64,000 nucleotides of DNA, taken from assembly GCA_020137815.1 (NCBI GenBank), contig CM035351.1, forward strand, positions 5,890,001-5,954,000. The letters run 5' to 3'. Below the pieces are notes generated by a model that was not told where the DNA came from, did no database searches, and worked only from the letters and a program-made list of their open reading frames with translations. The position numbers and the translations under genes were made by a program. Of the stretch, positions 29,947-42,652 are shown one piece after another (within the stretch, counting starts at the first letter, position 1; each line of letters opens with the position of its first letter). The stretch is from Hormiphora californensis (lineage: Eukaryota > Animalia > Ctenophora).

Positions 29947-30582
29947 TCACAAGATGGGGCCATCATCAGCGTTATCATCAAATGCATTGTAATCATCATC
30001 GTAATAGTTCTGCACATAGTCCAAATCTTCATCAACATCATCACCCAGTTCCTCTTCAAACGCATCACCACCAATACTCTCACTATCACTCACATCTTTC
30101 TCATTCTTAGCATGTTTATCTAGCTTCTTCAGCAGCTCCTTATCACTCGCATGATCTGCCCTCCTTCCCACCATTCGTGGCTTGATTTCTGGTTTACTTT
30201 TGGCCGCTTTGGATGTTCTCATTCTGAGTTCAGAGGGAAACATCTCCCAGTTAGGAATCCAATCTAACTCCTTGTGTGTATGATAGTGCTTGAAACGGTC
30301 CGAGTACCGTTCTATCTTCGACTTGGCGGTCTCAGGTCGGATGTGGTAGGGGGAATCTCGCATATAGTTTCGGAATTCCTGTTTTAGGGCAATAAGGTAG
30401 TGGTGATGGGTGGACTCTGTTAACGGCTGGGGTTTCCTCAGTAGCGGTGGAAAGGTACTAGGTGGCTCTATTGGTGCAGATAAACCGACAATGTCGCCTC
30501 TTCCGATACCCAGTGCTTCGCTAATGACATTTATGCTGGAGTTTGACTTGCCTCTACCGCGTCCTCGACCTCTGGATGCCAT
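29947..30582 (-). CDS. POLR3G: RNA polymerase III subunit RPC7/RPC31-like, intronless
   Basis: MASRGRGRGRG, EALGIGRG, PP.TFPPL, SPYHI, IERYSDRF, NWEMFPSELR, acidic tail DYVQNYYDD. Confidence 0.88.
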   Translation of the reverse strand: MASRGRGRGRGKSNSSINVISEALGIGRGDIVGLSAPIEPPSTFPPLLRKPQPLTESTHHHYLIALKQEFRNYMRDSPYHIRPETAKSKIERYSDRFKHYHTHKELDWIPNWEMFPSELRMRTSKAAKSKPEIKPRMVGRRADHASDKELLKKLDKHAKNEKDVSDSESIGGDAFEEELGDDVDEDLDYVQNYYDDDYNAFDDNADDGPIL

Positions 30583-31282
30583 TGTAACTAAGAGTGAGAT
30601 CTTTTGGTAAAAAATTGTATCTCCAGTGAACCCCTAAATAGAAGGAAATGGAGTGCGGTGCACTTCAAAACAAGAATGAAAAATTTAAGAAATTTTAAGA
30701 ACCGCGATCCTGCAGTTTACAGTCCGATCCTGAGAAATATTTTAATATTTCGTTTCTAAATAAACGCGCCGCGTAATTTATTTGCGCGTGCTATTTCTGG
30801 AGCTTGACTTTCATCCACCATCCCATCCTGATAAAGCAAGCAGAATGATCTATCAACATCGAGAGAATCATTTTCATTCAGCACCACTGTCAGCGGAGCC
30901 AGCCAGGATCCGATCACAGTTTGAAGTTCACATGGCCCAGTCTGAGAACAGGTGGTAAAACGCGCATGGAGGCACGCTAACAACATCTACTTTCATTCCG
31001 CGCCACTCTCCTTTTACTAGTAGCTTGGGTGTTGTTGCAAAATTGTCCCACATTTCAAACATGGAAATCACGGATTTTGTTTGGAGAACGTATCAATCAA
31101 TGAATGTACACATACACAGATTGGTATTATAACTTAATGAACTAAAAGCACCTTCATTTAACTTAAAACACTTCAAATAACAGAGTAAACACAATATGCG
31201 TGTGTCGATTTAACCCCTCAGTCTCTCCTTCTCTCTCTGTTAGCTGTCTCTCTCTCTCAGAGAGCTTCTGAGAATTGACTCC

Positions 31283-33131
31283 TCATCTTCTCGTTTCTGA
31301 GTCTTCTATGTCCAAACCCTCTAACCAAACTTTGGGAACGGTTACCGGCAACTCATGCCCCTCCAATTTTATCTTCATCAAATGTTTAACAATAGCAAAC
31401 TCCCTCACATCAAGTTTCCCATCCTTATCAATATCACCCAGATTCCAAATCCGTTTTAGGGTCGTATTGGGTAGTTTTGAGTCCTGCATTGGTTTCTTGG
31501 CCTGTGTCCCTGTAACTTTCCCATCCTCCCCTGGACCAAGTGATTCAAACTCGTGCTGGTACAGTTTAACAGGAACTGGAGAGTTCAATAGATCCAATGT
31601 TGTTCCCATTCCGAATGGTGTGACGTCATCGTCATACAACGCTCCACCATCTCTCTTCCTGACATTCTTCATGAAGTCCTCGTGGGCCACCTCTTGGTCC
31701 TGGGGTACCTGTGACATGAGGCGAGGCAGCTCCGTAGCTAGCATCTTCTCTACTGCTTCAATCATGGGCAGATTGAGCTTTTTGAAGGAGTTGAAATCAC
31801 AGTTTTTTAGTGTTTCCGAGAACTCAGCAATATTGGGGAAGTCTCCCGCAGGGAGGCCAGTTGCACGTTGGATCTGTTCGAAAATGGCGGGAAGTTGTTG
31901 AATCAGCTGCTTTTGTTTAGTCTCCTTCCCGAACACTGCAGGCATCTCATTCTTCAAGTGTGCAATTATATAAGCATGGGTTTTAGCTAGTCTAGATCTC
32001 TTGATCAGATCGTTTAGTTTCCTTACAATAGCACCCCGTGGTATATCTTGAATATCTTTAAACAAATCCTCCTCCTCAGCCTCGAATAGTTTCCTGTTGT
32101 CATCATTTTGGTAGGGCTGGTCCCAGAAAGATCCGCAGTAGACCCGGGCCACCTCTGGGGTATTCAGCACCTTTCCAAGGGACCACATCAGAGCTCCATA
32201 GACCCTCATTAACTGCTGGTTGGTGATTCCATCAGCTTTGTTCAGCACAATCCTTATCTTGGTATCGTTACCCTTGCAAGCCTGGATGACCCGCTGGAAT
32301 TCATCAGAGATGTCCAGTTTATGTGCATCGAACAGAAGGATGATCATATCAACCCTCTCAGCAAACCACTGAACTACACCGGTGAAGTCATAGCCTCTGG
32401 AAATTCGTTGTTTCTCCCCGGACAGGACCCCAGGGGTATCCAGGAGAGTTAGACCTTGGAGGACGGGGTTGTTAATCACCGCACCCTCAAACCTCTGGAG
32501 GAAGTTGTTCCCAAACCGGCTGAGGACTTTGTACGAGTGGTTGTGGTCGACTACCAGGGCATTTCCAGGAATTATCTGAAACAAACTGGCACGTCAGAGA
32601 TGAGAGAGAGAGTTGGTTTGAGGGAAAGGGATGATTACTACACTGCAGAGTGTGTGACGTGGTTTCATGTGTGACGTCATTCTATGTGATCTCATCTCAA
32701 TGGAGGGTTGGAAAAGAAGGAAACAGATGTACATATAATAGAGGAATGCTGAGTAGGAGTAGAGGAGCTATTGTATGATTCTGACTTCTGAGAAGAGAGA
32801 AGATGTTGGGTACATACTAAACGGGTAATTACACGCACCATGTCTAGTTAACTTGTTCCCTGTTGTGGCCAGTATTACTGTGTGTTGGTTGCAGGTTGAT
32901 AGAGAATTATGCGACATTATGTGCATGTTGAGAGAGGGAGATAGATAGAATGAGAGAGAACCCAGAGAGAGATTAAGAGAGATAATAAGATAGAGAGGAA
33001 TGATAATTCTAAAATTGAATGATATAACTACAGGAATTCGACTGAGTATGAATGAAGGAGGGTAAGGGGAAATTGAAACCAAAATGAGGTCCCTAATATG
33101 GGATCCCTAAGATGGGAGGAAGGTAGGGATG

Positions 33132-33178
<47 letters not shown>

Positions 33179-36100
33179 GGAGAGTTAGAGAGAGAGAGAG
33201 AAAGAGTGCGTACTGCGTAGTATTACAACTTGTACACGCTCAGGGCCACGGTACTGTATAACAGTCGAATACCTCGCCATACGTCAATATATGCTGCACT
33301 TTTCTCTCCTTCTATCTCTCTCTCTCTCTCTCTCTCCCCCTCTCTCTCTCATCTTTATTGTTACATCAATATATCGCTGCTACTCAATGGTAGGTGGGGC
33401 CACGACGCGACATGCTGCATCAATCTCTATTGTCCAATCCTGGAGATATCCCTAGTCACACACACAATCATTCCCAGTTTCTTTCTCCCATTTTTGTTTC
33501 ACTAGCATACAATCTCCCTTCCGGGCCATATATCACGAGAGATACTGCACACGCACAAACCCACATTGCTCACTCGCAGTTCTGCAACAGTGGTAGAGAT
33601 GAATACGAGGGGAAATTAAATAATTATCCTTTCCGGCCAATTCTCTAGGGAACGAAAGAAGTAGAAACGAAACTTTTTGTAGGAAAATAATTACCTTTCA
33701 AACGGTAGTACAATGTAGTAATAATCACAACATGATGGGCCATAATTGCAACACATTTTTCCTTTTTCTCTCTCTTTCTCTTTTTCTCCATTCCATTTTA
33801 AACTCACTCTAAAAATAGTAAAAAACTAAATGCTAATGGATTTTTTTTCGTAAATCAAAAATTGCAGATATTGTCCATTGAAAATACCTGCTGAACACAT
33901 CATCATCATATCACAAACAAAAAACAAACAAACTAACACACATGGGGGACAATGGACATTGAATAAACAAACACGCAAACACACTCCAGTAGTGAATAAT
34001 GCAGAAAAAATGCAAGAAATTTCCCAATTTACATTCACAGTTTTAGCTAACCCGATCGCATGCATTATCATAACTCACACAGTTAAATGAAATTGTACCA
34101 CACTCCTCCTCCTCCCCTCATTCTCTCCCTCTCTATTCCGTAACAGGACTCAGCCACACGGATGGCAACTCAACAGGCAGCTCATGACCCTCTAGCTTCA
34201 TCTTCATCAGCTGTTTGCAGATAGCAAACTCATGCAAACTCAATTTGCCGTCCTGATCAAAGTCCGCTAGTGTCCATATCCTTCTCAGAGTGGCATTGGG
34301 CAGTTTGGAATCCTGTAGGGGTCCCCTAGCAACTGTACCATTAATCTTGCCATCTCCACCGGGGCCCAACTTCTCAAACTCAAACTCAAACTCCCTCATT
34401 GGCAGGGGTGAATTGAGAATGTCCATGGTAGCTCCCTCCCCGAATGGTGTCAGATTCTTGTCAAAGAGAGCTCCTCCCTCCCTCTTCCTCACGTTCACCA
34501 TGTAATCCTCGTGGGCGAGGTCCTGGTCCTGGGGCACCTGGGCCATCAGCTTGGGTAGCTCCGAGCCTATCATCTTATCCAGTGAGTCGATCATGGTTTG
34601 GTTTAGTTTGGGAAGTTTGGAGATATCAAACCCACGGAGGCTTTCCTGGAACTCAGCAACGTTAGGGAAATCACCCGCGGGAATACCCCTTTCTCGCTCG
34701 ATCTGTTCGAATATTTTGGGCATGTTTGCAATGAATCTGCTTCATCTTGGCCTCTTTCCCGAACATCGGCAACTCGTTCTTGATGTGAGACATGATATAG
34801 GCGTGGGTTTTAGCAAGCCTGCACCTTTTCACCAAATCATTCAACTTCCTTACTATGGAACCCCGTGGAACGGACTGGATGTCTCGGAACAAATCCTCCT
34901 CCTCAGCCTCGAATAGTTTCCTGTTGTCATCATTTTGGTAGGGCTGGTCCCAGAAAGACCCAATGTAGACCCGGGCCACCTCGGGAGTTCCCAGGACCTT
35001 TCCAAGGGACCACATTAGAGCTCCGTAGACCCTCATCAGCTGCTGGTTGGTAACTCGGTCAGCTTTGTTCAGTACAATCCTAATCTTGGTATCGTTACCC
35101 TTGCAGGCAGCTATCGTCTCGCTGAATTCATCCGAGATGTCTAGCTTGTGAGCATCAAACAGCATCACAATCATATCCACACGATCAGCAAACCACTTGA
35201 CGACTCCAGTGAAATCATAGCCCCGGTTCACAGTCTGTTTCGCACCAGCCAACACTCCAGGTGTATCAAGCAGGGTTAGACCTTGGAGGACAGGATTCTT
35301 CAGGACAGCAGCCTCAAACCTCTGAAGGAAGTTGTTTCCGAAGCGGGTCAGGACCTTGTAGGGATGTTTCTGGTCCACAACCAGGGCATTACCAGGAATT
35401 ATCTGAGAAAATGAGAGGTGGTGGTTTGGACTTTCTACACGCCACCCCAGGAAATCAGAAGATTGAAAGAGATAAAGCTCAAAATCAAACTAGCGCTGTT
35501 TTTTATTTTGGCGAACAAAAAATTAATTTAGCAGCCAAATCGATAAATTATGTATTACACACATACACACACATACAATCAATCCCGTATTTTTAATTAG
35601 CACACACACTCCCTGCATTACGCAGGCACACACAATCACGAAGCTCATTAACACGCACAATCACAATCTGTCACATTCACACGCAATGAGGAGGAGAGGG
35701 AAGGAGGAGGAGGTTTTATTGGTTATGCTATGTTCATTGTGTGTAATGAGGGCTGTATGTTGTAGAGACTAGAGGGATGTGTGTGTAATGCTGTAAGAGG
35801 AAGGAGTAGCTGATATGAGTAGCTGGGGACGAATGAATGTGGAGGATTTCTTTCTCTCTCTATAATACTTAGATATCTCTCTCTCTCTCTATCTCTCGAT
35901 CTCTCGATCTCTCTCTGGTTATCTCCAACTCCTGAATTCAGTGCCTGTCTTGTCGATGAGGAAAGATGCTATGCTTACATTACACATATAACACACCCAC
36001 AGAAACACATCGAACATGTGGAGTGAGTAACAGAGAAAAGATTTGCCGAAAGAGTGTGGAATGTATAAATGGAATAAAGATATATCCCGGGAAGAAGATG

Positions 36101-37594
36101 CCGAAAAAAGAGAGATGATAATGATCTAATATAGACCAAATTGTTTAAGGAGGAGTGGTGTGACAGTGTCGACTCACCCTCCCCTCTGTCATGTGTATCT
36201 AGAGCACTTACCCCTTCCTATAATTATAGCGGGATGTGAAGATGGGTTGCCTTGTTGTTTGAACAAAACAAAACATGGTGCGGATAGTGAATATAAGCAC
36301 AAAGATAAAACAATGCTTCACGATGTATTAGAGATTATGAAAGTGATGGAATTGGAGGAAAGGGGCCAGGGAAATATTAAATCAAACTCAGCGAGAGAGA
36401 AGGGAGATGATTAAGAACAATTCATTTTACCTGGTCTTGGTCTCCGTGCATGATTGCAACAAATTTATCAGTTGTTGGCTCAGGTCCAATTCTGAGTCCA
36501 GGGTAGTTAGTTTCCAGGAGGTACTTGATGAAGGTAGTCTTACCAGTGGAGTACTGACCCAGTAACATAACCGTGGGAGGGGCATCGAAATCACTGAACG
36601 GGGAGAGATTGGAATATGTTAGGTTGTGAGGGTCAAATCATGCAGAGTTTCTGGACGAAGAGAAGAGGAACTATACAACTAAGGGGATGTGTCACACTAA
36701 GGTGTCATCCCCCCAACCCCCATGTGTTACTACAGACATGTCATATATCCAGGGTAGTATTACTCTTCTGCTGCACTGTAATATTATATGTAGGTGTGTG
36801 TGTGTGCTGCAGTGTGTGGGTATATTATTTAGCAGATGGTGTCATATTTACTGCAGATATATGTAGGATGTACACGTGGGGGAGGAGTGTGTGTGTGTGT
36901 GAGGGGATGATGTGTGTGGGGGGGGGGGAGTGTGAGTGTGACGGGGGAGGTGTGTGTGTAGCAGGAAGAAGTTATAGTGTGATAACACATTTTGTGCAGT
37001 GTGGTATACTTGATTAGAGGCTGTCAGCACAGTTCCATGCACCCTGTCTGATACACAACTAAACAGGTAATGAGAGGGAAGATAGCTATAGAGAGGGGGA
37101 GATAGAGAGAATAAGGATAGAGCAGTAGAGAGGGGAAGAAAATTACTTTGGTTGTGTTGAAGTTAGACGAAGAGTAGACAGAGCTGTTGTACACTGGAAC
37201 ACAAATCTATACTTCAACGTCTTGAATGATACATGACGATGCCGGAGCGAGGCAAGAAAGTAGAAAGAGACAGAAAAAGAACTGATTACAGCAACACACA
37301 CGGCATATACCTGTCGGTTAGGAGGGGACTATAGAACTCCTGGTAACGGTACATCTCTTCAAGAGGCCGCACATACTTCTTGTACACCTTCTTCATACCT
37401 GATGGGAGAAATAGAGTTAAAGATACGCTCTCTCTCCTAGTTAAAGTAACAATCTTTCTTTTGCTCTCTCTCCTAGTTAAAGTATCGATCTTTCTTTTGC
37501 TCTCTCCCCTAGTTAAAGTAACAATCTTACCATCAATGGTGGAGCTGTACGCGTCCGCGTCATTGGTATTCGACTTCTTCATCCACCGTAACAT
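31283..37594 (-). CDS. EHD: EH domain-containing ATPase (EHD/RME-1); shared exons 37594-37531, 37398-37311, 36593-36431 spliced to terminal exon A (35402-34133) or B (32575-31283)
   Basis: GQYSTGKTTFI P-loop, IGPEPTTDKF, both large exons start IIPGNALVVD and contain DTPG, NKAD and an EH domain; exon A has a +1 frameshift near 34736. Confidence 0.93.
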
Positions 37595-37784
37595 GTTGTC
37601 GGCGGTGGTGGTGGGACCTGGATACTAATGCCCTCCTAGATAGAGACAGATCGGTGGTTAAATATCTGGGGATTGGTGGTGGGACCTGAGTACTACTGCC
37701 CTCCTAGAGACAGATCAGTGGTTAAATATCTGGGGATTGGTGGTGGGAGGGTGGTGGGACCTGAGTACTACTTCCGGTGGTTAA

Positions 37785-38757
37785 GGCCAGAGGGGGGGGT
37801 CCGAGGGTATAAAAAGTCACTTTCGGCCTCTGGTCCGGCTGGAAGAGCCGGACCAGATGGTATGCTCAGAATGGATTTTACGTGCACTGTTTTGGAGAAA
37901 AATGAGGTTAACTTTTGTCCAAAATCTAATGTTAACCTCATTTATCCATGAACCACAATAGCTACAACGCTAAATTTAGTACTGAATGATAGATCTAGTT
38001 ACAAGGTCAGCTCAAACGAAGTTTCAGACCTCTACTCCTAATGGTTGGAAAGAAATCGGAGGTTAACTTGATCCTCAAAAACTATGTTTTTCTTGAATAT
38101 CTCGGGTGAAATTTGGGCCAGTCATGTCCCTTTCATTTGACAACCACTCTTCCATTAACCTCAGAACTTGGCAGGGATGTTCCTCGGATGGTCCTCTACA
38201 AAAGTGATGTAGCGATTTTTGATATCTGCCCCCGTTAAAAAATTATGAGGTTAACAGTGCATTTTTAGCCGACCGGGCTCTATTGTTAACCTCATAATTT
38301 TTGAACGGGGGCAGATATCAAAAATCGCTACATCACTTTTGTAGAGGACCATCCGAGGAACATCCCTGCCAAGTTCTGAGGTTAACGGATGAGTGGTTGT
38401 CAAATGAAAGGGGCATGACTGGCCCAAATTTCACCCGAGATATTCAAGAAAAACATAGTTTTTGAGGATCAAGTTAACCTCCGATTTCTTTCCAACCATT
38501 AGGAGTAGAGGTCTGAAACTTCGTTTGAGCTGACCTTGTAACTAGATCTATCATTCAGTACTAAATTTAGCGTTGTAGCTATTGTGGTTCATGGATAAAT
38601 GAGGTTAACATTAGATTTTGGACAAAAGTTAACCTCATTTTTCTCCAAAACAGTGCACGTAAAATCCATTCTGAGCATACCATCTGGTCCGGCTCTTCCA
38701 GCCGGACCAGAGGCCGAAAGTGACTTTTTATACCCTCGGACCCCCCCCCCTCTGGCC
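37785..38757. mobile_element. 973-bp near-perfect palindrome with TTAA TSD and GG...CC ends (Kolobok-like non-autonomous)
   Basis: TTAA|ggccagaggggggggtccgagg ... cctcggaccccccccccctctggcc|TTAA; arms pair to a centre near 38270. Confidence 0.88.
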
Positions 38758-38970
38758 TTAAATCGGTATTCGGTCAGATTCGGTGGTTAAATATCAGGGA
38801 GTGGGGTTAGATATAGATCAGTGGATCAGGGACGGGTGGGGGAGGGTTAGATGAAGGAGTGGGGCTGGGTTAGATCAGAGTGTATGTGGCGAATGTAAAC
38901 AGTACCAGGCAGGTGTATACACAAACAGTATAATAGAACCAGCAATATACACAAAATGAGAGATCACGTG

Positions 38971-39920
38971 TCACGTTTCTCCAAACATATCGACTAAATT
39001 TTGGGCCTGTAACAGTGTCGGACGATCAATCATTTTCCCCCGGAATGAAAATGCGCCCTTGCCAGCAGCCTGGTTTTCGCTGAACGCTGCAATGAGAGCC
39101 CGTGCGTGTTCCATCTGCGATTCTGAGGGTGAGAAGGCCTGTTGAACGATTGGAATCTGTCCTGGATGAATACACTGCTTTCCAGTGAACCCGAACCCAA
39201 AACCTTGTTCTGATTCCGCTCTGAGTCCGTCCGTGTCCTTGTATTCAATATAAACCCTGTCTATAGGCTGCAGACCATAGGCCCTGGCTAGTGTCACAAC
39301 TTTCTGTCTAGCGTACACAACAGCCATGATATCGTCTCTAGAGCCCCGAATATCACTAACATAGTCATCCGACCCAAACACTACAGCCTCAGCTCGTAGG
39401 ATGGTACTGCGTTGGAGGGTTTGGATTATCTCCCGTAGATTAACCAGGCCCAGTGCAGATTCGGTTTGGAATATGAGGGGTAATGGTGATGTTAGACCTG
39501 ATTTGGAAACAAGCTCCGAGATATAGCCAGCTTCCTCGGGAGTATCAACTTTAGGTACCATCAACACATCAGGAAGGGTAGATCCACCTAGGATAGATGT
39601 GATATCGTCCTCTATCAGTCCCACTACTGACACTGTTTATCCGAACACCTCGCTTCCGTCCTTCCAAAATCTAGTGTCTCTAGGGCCTTGTTGATGATGG
39701 TTCTGGCATCTCCTTTCCTTGACACAGCCACAGCATCCTCACAATCAAGTACAGCAAGGTCTACATCGAGGGAGGCTGCTTTCGTGATCTTCCTCAGATC
39801 ATCACCAGGCATGTACAACAGGGCTCGACGGCGACGTGGTGGTGGAATGCTGCTGCTGATACCACGGTATGATGACGTCATTATGATGACACGTGATACT
39901 AGAGATGATGTCATCAACAT
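38971..39920 (-). CDS. CLYBL: Citramalyl-CoA lyase / citrate lyase beta-like, intronless; two +1 frameshifts near 39620-39655
   Basis: RRALLYMPGDD, VLDCEDAV, GVRINSVSSG (shifted frame), MVPKVD, VFGSDDY, FGFTGKQCIHPGQI, GAFSFRGKMIDRP. Confidence 0.9.
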
Positions 39921-40254
39921 CACTGTCCCCCTTCTCTCTCTCACATTTAGTTCAGCTAGCAACACGTGCAGAACGAGGAAAATAATTAAAATTGATAGAT
40001 TCGTTATAATTATTGGTCCATCGAAAAAAGGGTAGATATGCAATAAACTGTCTTTCGAAAATCGGGGGATAAATAAATTTTAAAATCAAGATATAACTGA
40101 TAAGAGATCACCATATATAATGCATTATATAATGTAAAGGTATAATATATATTTCAAATAGTTGAAATAAAAATTAATTGACATCTGATAAATAATTCTC
40201 TGTACCCAATCCCGAATAGAAGATAAAACGGTGTAAAACGGTTAAAATGGTCTC

Positions 40255-40927
40255 TTACAAAGAGATAGTGTTAGCTGCAATAAAATCATACTGTACATCT
40301 TCCTCCTCCTTCTTAGAAGAAGCCCGCTCCTCGACCAGGATAGAAACCAGTTCCTCCTTTTCTCTCAGTACAAGCTTTAGAGCGGATATCTCTCTCTGCA
40401 GGTTGGCGACACTGCCAGCAGATTGTCGCTTCACCTTGTTCCATCTCCTTCTGCAGCTTTGCCCTCAACTCCTCCTCTAACTTTTGGCGACTCTCAGAAG
40501 CTGCTACGTAGCTTTTAAACTTCAGTTGTAGGGCGTGAAACTGTTTTTCACATTCCTCGACCTTCCCACATTTCACAAGTAGCTGTTGGTTCTCATGTTT
40601 CAAATTCTCGTTCTCCTGAAAGAGTGTCTTTACCTGGTTGGTAAAGGAGCTGATCTGTGATTGTCTGATTGCATCACCCACTGGATTGGATTGCCTCTGC
40701 TGCTGTTGCTGTTCACGGGAACTACTGGCCCGGGTGTAGAAAGACACAGGGACACTGTGTTGGGATGATGACGATGGCCCTGCCGTGCCGGTACTAAAGT
40801 TACTGCCACGGGGAGGGTTTTTAGAAAACAAGTTGTTTCTCTGTGAGTGGTGACCTGCTACATAACCGATCGATCGTTCAGAGGCGCTGCTGTAGTCTGA
40901 AGTCTGGGATACGTTATCTATTGACAT
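40255..40927 (-). CDS. Coiled-coil protein, angiomotin-like; +1 frameshift near 40436
   Basis: ENENLKHE..KVEECEKQFHALQLKFKSYVAASESRQKLEEELRAKLQKEM resembles the AMOT coiled coil; shifted frame continues VKRQSAGSVANLQREI...AANTISL*. Confidence 0.5.
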
Positions 40928-41417
40928 AGAAACCTGTTTTTAACAATTCTTAGTTAAGGGCAACAATCAACATATTTTATGCACGTAAAAAATTCGTGGA
41001 CTTATTTTTGTTCAAACAGAAGGTGCGGGTATTATTACGGCCGCTGTAAATAATAAGTAATAACTGACTTGATGTACAATGCAAGGCGCCAAGGCTCAAA
41101 TTTTGAATTTTAAATTTTGTGCCTAGAACTCAATCACAAGAGAACCGGCACCGGGGTCTCAGATATTAAAATGCACATCCACGATTGGTCACAAATCGAA
41201 CCTACATTCTACAATGTGGTACAACAAGCAAAACCCACACGCGAGAGTTTTAAAAAATCACGGAAACGAAAGGGCGCGATTATAATCTGGGTGCCTTGCA
41301 GCCTGTTTACAGGTGCGCGCTACCAAAAGAGTATACTTAGACCGACTTTTTTCAAACGGCTATAGCCATGGAACCACATGGCCGATTTGAGTAAACTAAA
41401 CGGTATCAGTTAGAGAA

Positions 41418-42652
41418 TCATCATCATCATCAATTAACATTTAATATACCGCTTTATAGCATATTGGTAAGATATCACTTAAAAAAGAAAAAACTTAACG
41501 GATACCTTCCTGCTTTCAAAAGCGGTTTTACTCTATTTGATCAATAAATTAGAGTCCATGAGCTAGTAGTGTTTATACAAATGTTCAAGTGTCCCTTGGT
41601 GCTTCTAACACCCTCTTTCCACGGATTATGAAGTGGGTTCCAGGGGACTGCTTTACCTTTTCCTTCAGTTCAACAACAAGCTTCTTCCGTTCTTTCCGTT
41701 CTTCTACTGTTCTATCAGGAGATATAAAGACTTTGCCAAACTTGTCGTTCCCCTTCAGCAGGGATTTCTTCGACAGGATTGAAATTTGAGCGTCTCTGCT
41801 CCTCAGCACGACTTTCACAGGTCTTGCCGATGAGGACTGCTTTCCCAAGCGCTCGGCGGATTGCACTTTCGGAGCCTCTTCAAGCTCACCAAAAAGAGAC
41901 TTAATTTGAGTTTCAAGCTTCTCACCATTTACATTTTCTTTCAACTCTTCCAATCCATGGATGATGATGTTACACCCACGGTCCTCCGATGCTGCCACGA
42001 TTGCCGATTGAATCTTCTTTGGAGCCAGGGCCGAGGCACACTCCTTCTCCAAAACGGCTGCGAAGCTCTTCATTTCCTGTTGTGCTGTTGACTGTACAGC
42101 TGTTATCTCAACCTCCCTCTTCTCAAGTAATTGCCTCTGGATTTTCAGGAGCTCCTCTTGTGCAGCCACTAGATTTCTTTGGGTTTTTATGAGCTCTGTA
42201 CTATGTATTTTGAGCTCTTTCTCCAGTTGGTTTATCCTCAAGGTTTCGCAACCCACTGCTAACAACTCTTCAGTAACTGGGAAGGTCTGTTCCATAAGAA
42301 TACGGCATGCATCCTCCACAAGGTCTAAAAGCACTGGCTTGGTCAGTGCATTGAGTTTGGTTCTGGAGGGGACCTTCAGATCATTCCAAACTTCCGCTGT
42401 CTGTGGTCCGTACTGCTGCACTCTGTTCGGGTTTATTTCACCGAACCCACCGGTTAGGGTTAATACCTCGCTTACCCACTCCACGGTTTGTTCTTGACAG
42501 TATCGGACGTGTTCTTCTTCCACATCTGTTTCCCGCAGGTAGGTCCGTGTATCTAGTTCATCATCAGAGCTTTCCATCTTCTTGCTGCCCTCTTGGGCTC
42601 TTACATAGACATTTGCTCAAATTAATTTGTTTAAAGTAGTGTTGAAAAGTTT
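41418..42652 (-). mobile_element. ORF1-only LINE derivative (L2/CR1-like)
   Basis: Intact ORF1, ~170-nt 3'UTR ending ataaagcggtatattaaat and a (TGA)n tail; no RT/endonuclease ORF. Confidence 0.65.
41585..42577 (-). CDS. LINE ORF1-like RNA-binding protein (coiled coil + RRM-type + C-terminal domain), 330 aa
   Basis: RGCNIIIHGLEE, RLGK..RPVKVVL, KVFISPDRTVEERKERKKLVVELK motifs typical of CR1/L2-group ORF1. Confidence 0.8.
   Translation of the reverse strand: MESSDDELDTRTYLRETDVEEEHVRYCQEQTVEWVSEVLTLTGGFGEINPNRVQQYGPQTAEVWNDLKVPSRTKLNALTKPVLLDLVEDACRILMEQTFPVTEELLAVGCETLRINQLEKELKIHSTELIKTQRNLVAAQEELLKIQRQLLEKREVEITAVQSTAQQEMKSFAAVLEKECASALAPKKIQSAIVAASEDRGCNIIIHGLEELKENVNGEKLETQIKSLFGELEEAPKVQSAERLGKQSSSARPVKVVLRSRDAQISILSKKSLLKGNDKFGKVFISPDRTVEERKERKKLVVELKEKVKQSPGTHFIIRGKRVLEAPRDT

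Noticed and set aside
30756-30986. 76-aa ORF between POLR3G and EHD
   Set aside because: No recognisable motif; more likely promoter or intergenic sequence
36175-36276. Alternative first exon for EHD (MFCFVQTT...)
   Set aside because: Donor phase is incompatible with the phase-0 terminal exons
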